NCBI GenBank assembly: GCA_963718615.1 | Contig: OY970368.1 | Location: 3,347,973 to 3,411,972 of the forward strand | DNA length: 64,000 bases | From: an uncultured cyanobacterium | Lineage (GTDB): Bacteria > Cyanobacteriota > Cyanobacteriia > PCC-9006 > JAAUQQ01 | Reading direction: 5' to 3' | In this document: piece after piece, positions 61,862 to 64,000 of the stretch | Layout: each line of letters starts with the position of its first letter | How positions within the stretch are numbered: the first letter of the stretch is position 1 | Translations under genes and position numbers: made by a program | Notes under the pieces: model-generated | Seen by the model: the letters and a program-made list of their open reading frames with translations, nothing else | Told to the model about the DNA's origin: nothing | Databases searched by the model: none

Positions 61862-64000
61862 GTGAACCCAAGTTCTAGTCGTTCAATCCCGTCCACTCCA
61901 GCATCCCGTTATGAAGAATTTGAAAATCACGTCAACCTAGGCCAACACTATAGTCAAAAGTCTCTATTCTCAAAAGCCTGTTGCCACTATCAGCAGGCAT
62001 TGCAGCTGCAACCCCATGCACCTGAAATTCACTACAACCTCGCAGTGGTATTTCATCATTGGGGCGAGTGGGATCTAGCAGAAACTCACTATCAAACTGC
62101 ACTTCAGCAACAGCCCCATTATCCCCATGCCTACTTTAACTTGGGGGTTTTGAAAGCTGACCAGCAGCGCCCTAGCGAGGCCATCGCCTACTATCAACAG
62201 GCCATCGCCCAACAGCCCAATTATTTGAATGCCTATTTAAACTTAGGAGCCCTTTGGGTTCAGCAGGAAGCCTACGGGCAGGCGACGATACTTTATCGAG
62301 AGGCGATCGCCCGTTTTCCCCAACAGGCTTCCCTGCACAATAACCTGGGCCAACTCTATCAAAAACAGGGGGAATTTGCGATCGCCCTAACCCAGTACGA
62401 AACAGCCCTAGGGCTCGCTCCAGGCTTGGCTAAAGTGTACGAAAACCTGGGGTGTTTATGGCTTCAACATCAGGATTATGCGAAAGCCATTCATTATCTT
62501 AAGCAAGCGATCGCCTTTTCTCCCAATCCCAACCACGCCCTCAGCGACTGTGCCGCCGTTGCCCTAGAACAGGGGGATCTAGAGACGGCCCTAGCTGCCA
62601 TTAAACAGTCGATAGATTTGCATCCTGAACCCCTCGCTCGTTACTGCCAGATAACCTTAGAACAGAAAAAGTCTGATAATTTGCTAACTCAGACCCAGCG
62701 TGCTTGCTCATTGTTCATTCAGTCTCTTCAGCAGGGCGACTCCTTGCCGTCTGCCAGTCACAGGTTGTTTCAAGTTTATTGTGGATTGGGGGCGATCGCC
62801 TTTGAATCCAAAGCCTATGCTAGGGCCGCACAATGTTATCAAATGGCTGTGCAAATCGAGCCCCAGGCCCAAGCCCTCTATCGCAAAATTTCCGACTGTT
62901 TAGCTCAGCAAGGGCGTTGGGTCGCAGCCCAAACGGTTGTGCAACTTGCTAATACCTTGACGACTTCTGGGATACAAAAGCATCAAGCAAGCCTACAGCC
63001 TGAAACCCCAAGGATAGATTCTCCTCACCCTAAACCCTCTGTTTATCCGGCGTTAACCACAGCCGAGTGGGTTGCTCAATCATTGCCTCACAAACCGGAA
63101 CGTTTCTCCCAAGCGCCTGTCTATGAATCGCTGAATTTTCAGGTTGAGCAGTGGTTAAGTCGATCGCAAAATTCCTTGATTCGCGTCCTCAATGCTAGCC
63201 CTCTTCCAGTCTGGGAAACTCCCTCGGCTGATTCCTCGACTGGCCAAACTGAACCCGGAAATGCCTGCGGTGGCGTGACTTGCCATCGCTGTATGGAACA
63301 ACTGGTGCAAAGCTTTCGACCGCAACAGCTTGCTGCTGGTGTGTTTCAATGTAATCTCCAAGCTGCTCCTATCTTGCCCAATCCTGCTTTGTTCTGGGCA
63401 ACTATTCCCTTGGGACGGGCCTGGGTTGCTCCCTATGAAAGTGATTGGGTCGCCTGTCACGAAGTAGCTGTGATGACACCAGACCAGTCATTGCTGAGTG
63501 ATTTGTCGCGCTCCTATCCCTGGAAACTGCCGCCCTGTCCTCAGCGACCTCAATCGCAGTCTGGCAGAATCTCAGAGCGCACAACCTTGCCTCCTATTCA
63601 ATATTTAAAGGGTTCTGTTGTACTGCTTTCAACCCTTTCGAGTCATATCTATTACCATTGGATGATTGACCTTTTGCCCCGTCTTCACCTCTTAAAGCTC
63701 GCCGGTGTAGACTTCAATCAAATTGATCGATTTGTGGTGAATAGCTTGCGCCATTCGTTTCAGCGAGAAACGCTGCAAAAACTTGGGATTCCCCTTGAAA
63801 AGGTGATTGAGAGCGATCGCACCCCCCACATTCAAGCCGAACAGCTCATCGTTCCCTCGTTTCCAGGGCATTTAGACTGGATTCCTCCCCATACCATCGA
63901 GTTTTTACGACGGATTTTTGGAGCAGAGCATTCCCGAGCTCAACCGAAATCCCACCTCAAAATTTATATCAGTCGAGCGAAGGCTCGTTATCGCCGGGTC
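61862..64000 (+). CDS. TPR-repeat protein fused to a DUF563/GT61-like glycosyltransferase domain (3' partial, runs off the window)
   Basis: My own translation of frame +2 is open from about 61787 to the window end; it is absent from the ORF track, presumably because no stop is reached. TPR repeats ('AYFNLGVLKADQQRPSEAIAYYQQAIAQQPNYLNAYLNLG'), then 'HIYYHWMIDLLPRLHLLKLAG'. Start codon uncertain (in-frame GTG at 61862). Confidence 0.55.
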   Translation, partial: MNPSSSRSIPSTPASRYEEFENHVNLGQHYSQKSLFSKACCHYQQALQLQPHAPEIHYNLAVVFHHWGEWDLAETHYQTALQQQPHYPHAYFNLGVLKADQQRPSEAIAYYQQAIAQQPNYLNAYLNLGALWVQQEAYGQATILYREAIARFPQQASLHNNLGQLYQKQGEFAIALTQYETALGLAPGLAKVYENLGCLWLQHQDYAKAIHYLKQAIAFSPNPNHALSDCAAVALEQGDLETALAAIKQSIDLHPEPLARYCQITLEQKKSDNLLTQTQRACSLFIQSLQQGDSLPSASHRLFQVYCGLGAIAFESKAYARAAQCYQMAVQIEPQAQALYRKISDCLAQQGRWVAAQTVVQLANTLTTSGIQKHQASLQPETPRIDSPHPKPSVYPALTTAEWVAQSLPHKPERFSQAPVYESLNFQVEQWLSRSQNSLIRVLNASPLPVWETPSADSSTGQTEPGNACGGVTCHRCMEQLVQSFRPQQLAAGVFQCNLQAAPILPNPALFWATIPLGRAWVAPYESDWVACHEVAVMTPDQSLLSDLSRSYPWKLPPCPQRPQSQSGRISERTTLPPIQYLKGSVVLLSTLSSHIYYHWMIDLLPRLHLLKLAGVDFNQIDRFVVNSLRHSFQRETLQKLGIPLEKVIESDRTPHIQAEQLIVPSFPGHLDWIPPHTIEFLRRIFGAEHSRAQPKSHLKIYISRAKARYRRV

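Overview
Window is a cyanobacterial chromosome segment (psbA/D1 gene, clpR-clpP3 operon, many GCGATCGC 'HIP1' palindromes). I call about 45 protein-coding genes and no rRNA, tRNA, CRISPR array, integrase or transposase. Three things stand out. (1) A 5'-truncated giant calcium-binding secreted protein (1..8328) with Calx-beta domains, seven tandem ~0.74-kb repeat units, a 2229-bp higher-order repeat and a C-terminal RTX block; next to it are an LRR/FG-GAP protein, a Na+/Ca2+ exchanger and an RCK-gated K+ channel. (2) A visibly AT-rich ~14.5-kb island (about 32.0-46.5 kb) carrying a PAS-GGDEF-EAL-GGDEF protein and a seven-gene minus-strand operon: two periplasmic binding proteins, a hybrid histidine kinase, a CheY-like receiver, a HisKA-REC-PP2C phosphatase, a GHKL serine-kinase-like protein and a STAS protein. 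This reads as a two-component phosphorelay wired into a partner-switching module with no sigma factor, and is my best candidate for the undescribed system. (3) Housekeeping genes: psbA, tex, clpR/clpP3, lptA-like/lptB/lptFG, trxA, pepA, tldD/pmbA, ddl, plus a PEP-CTERM/RTX/TPR-glycosyltransferase cluster at the 3' end. All calls are from reading the translations and DNA by eye; no database search or computation was run, and start codons are approximate.
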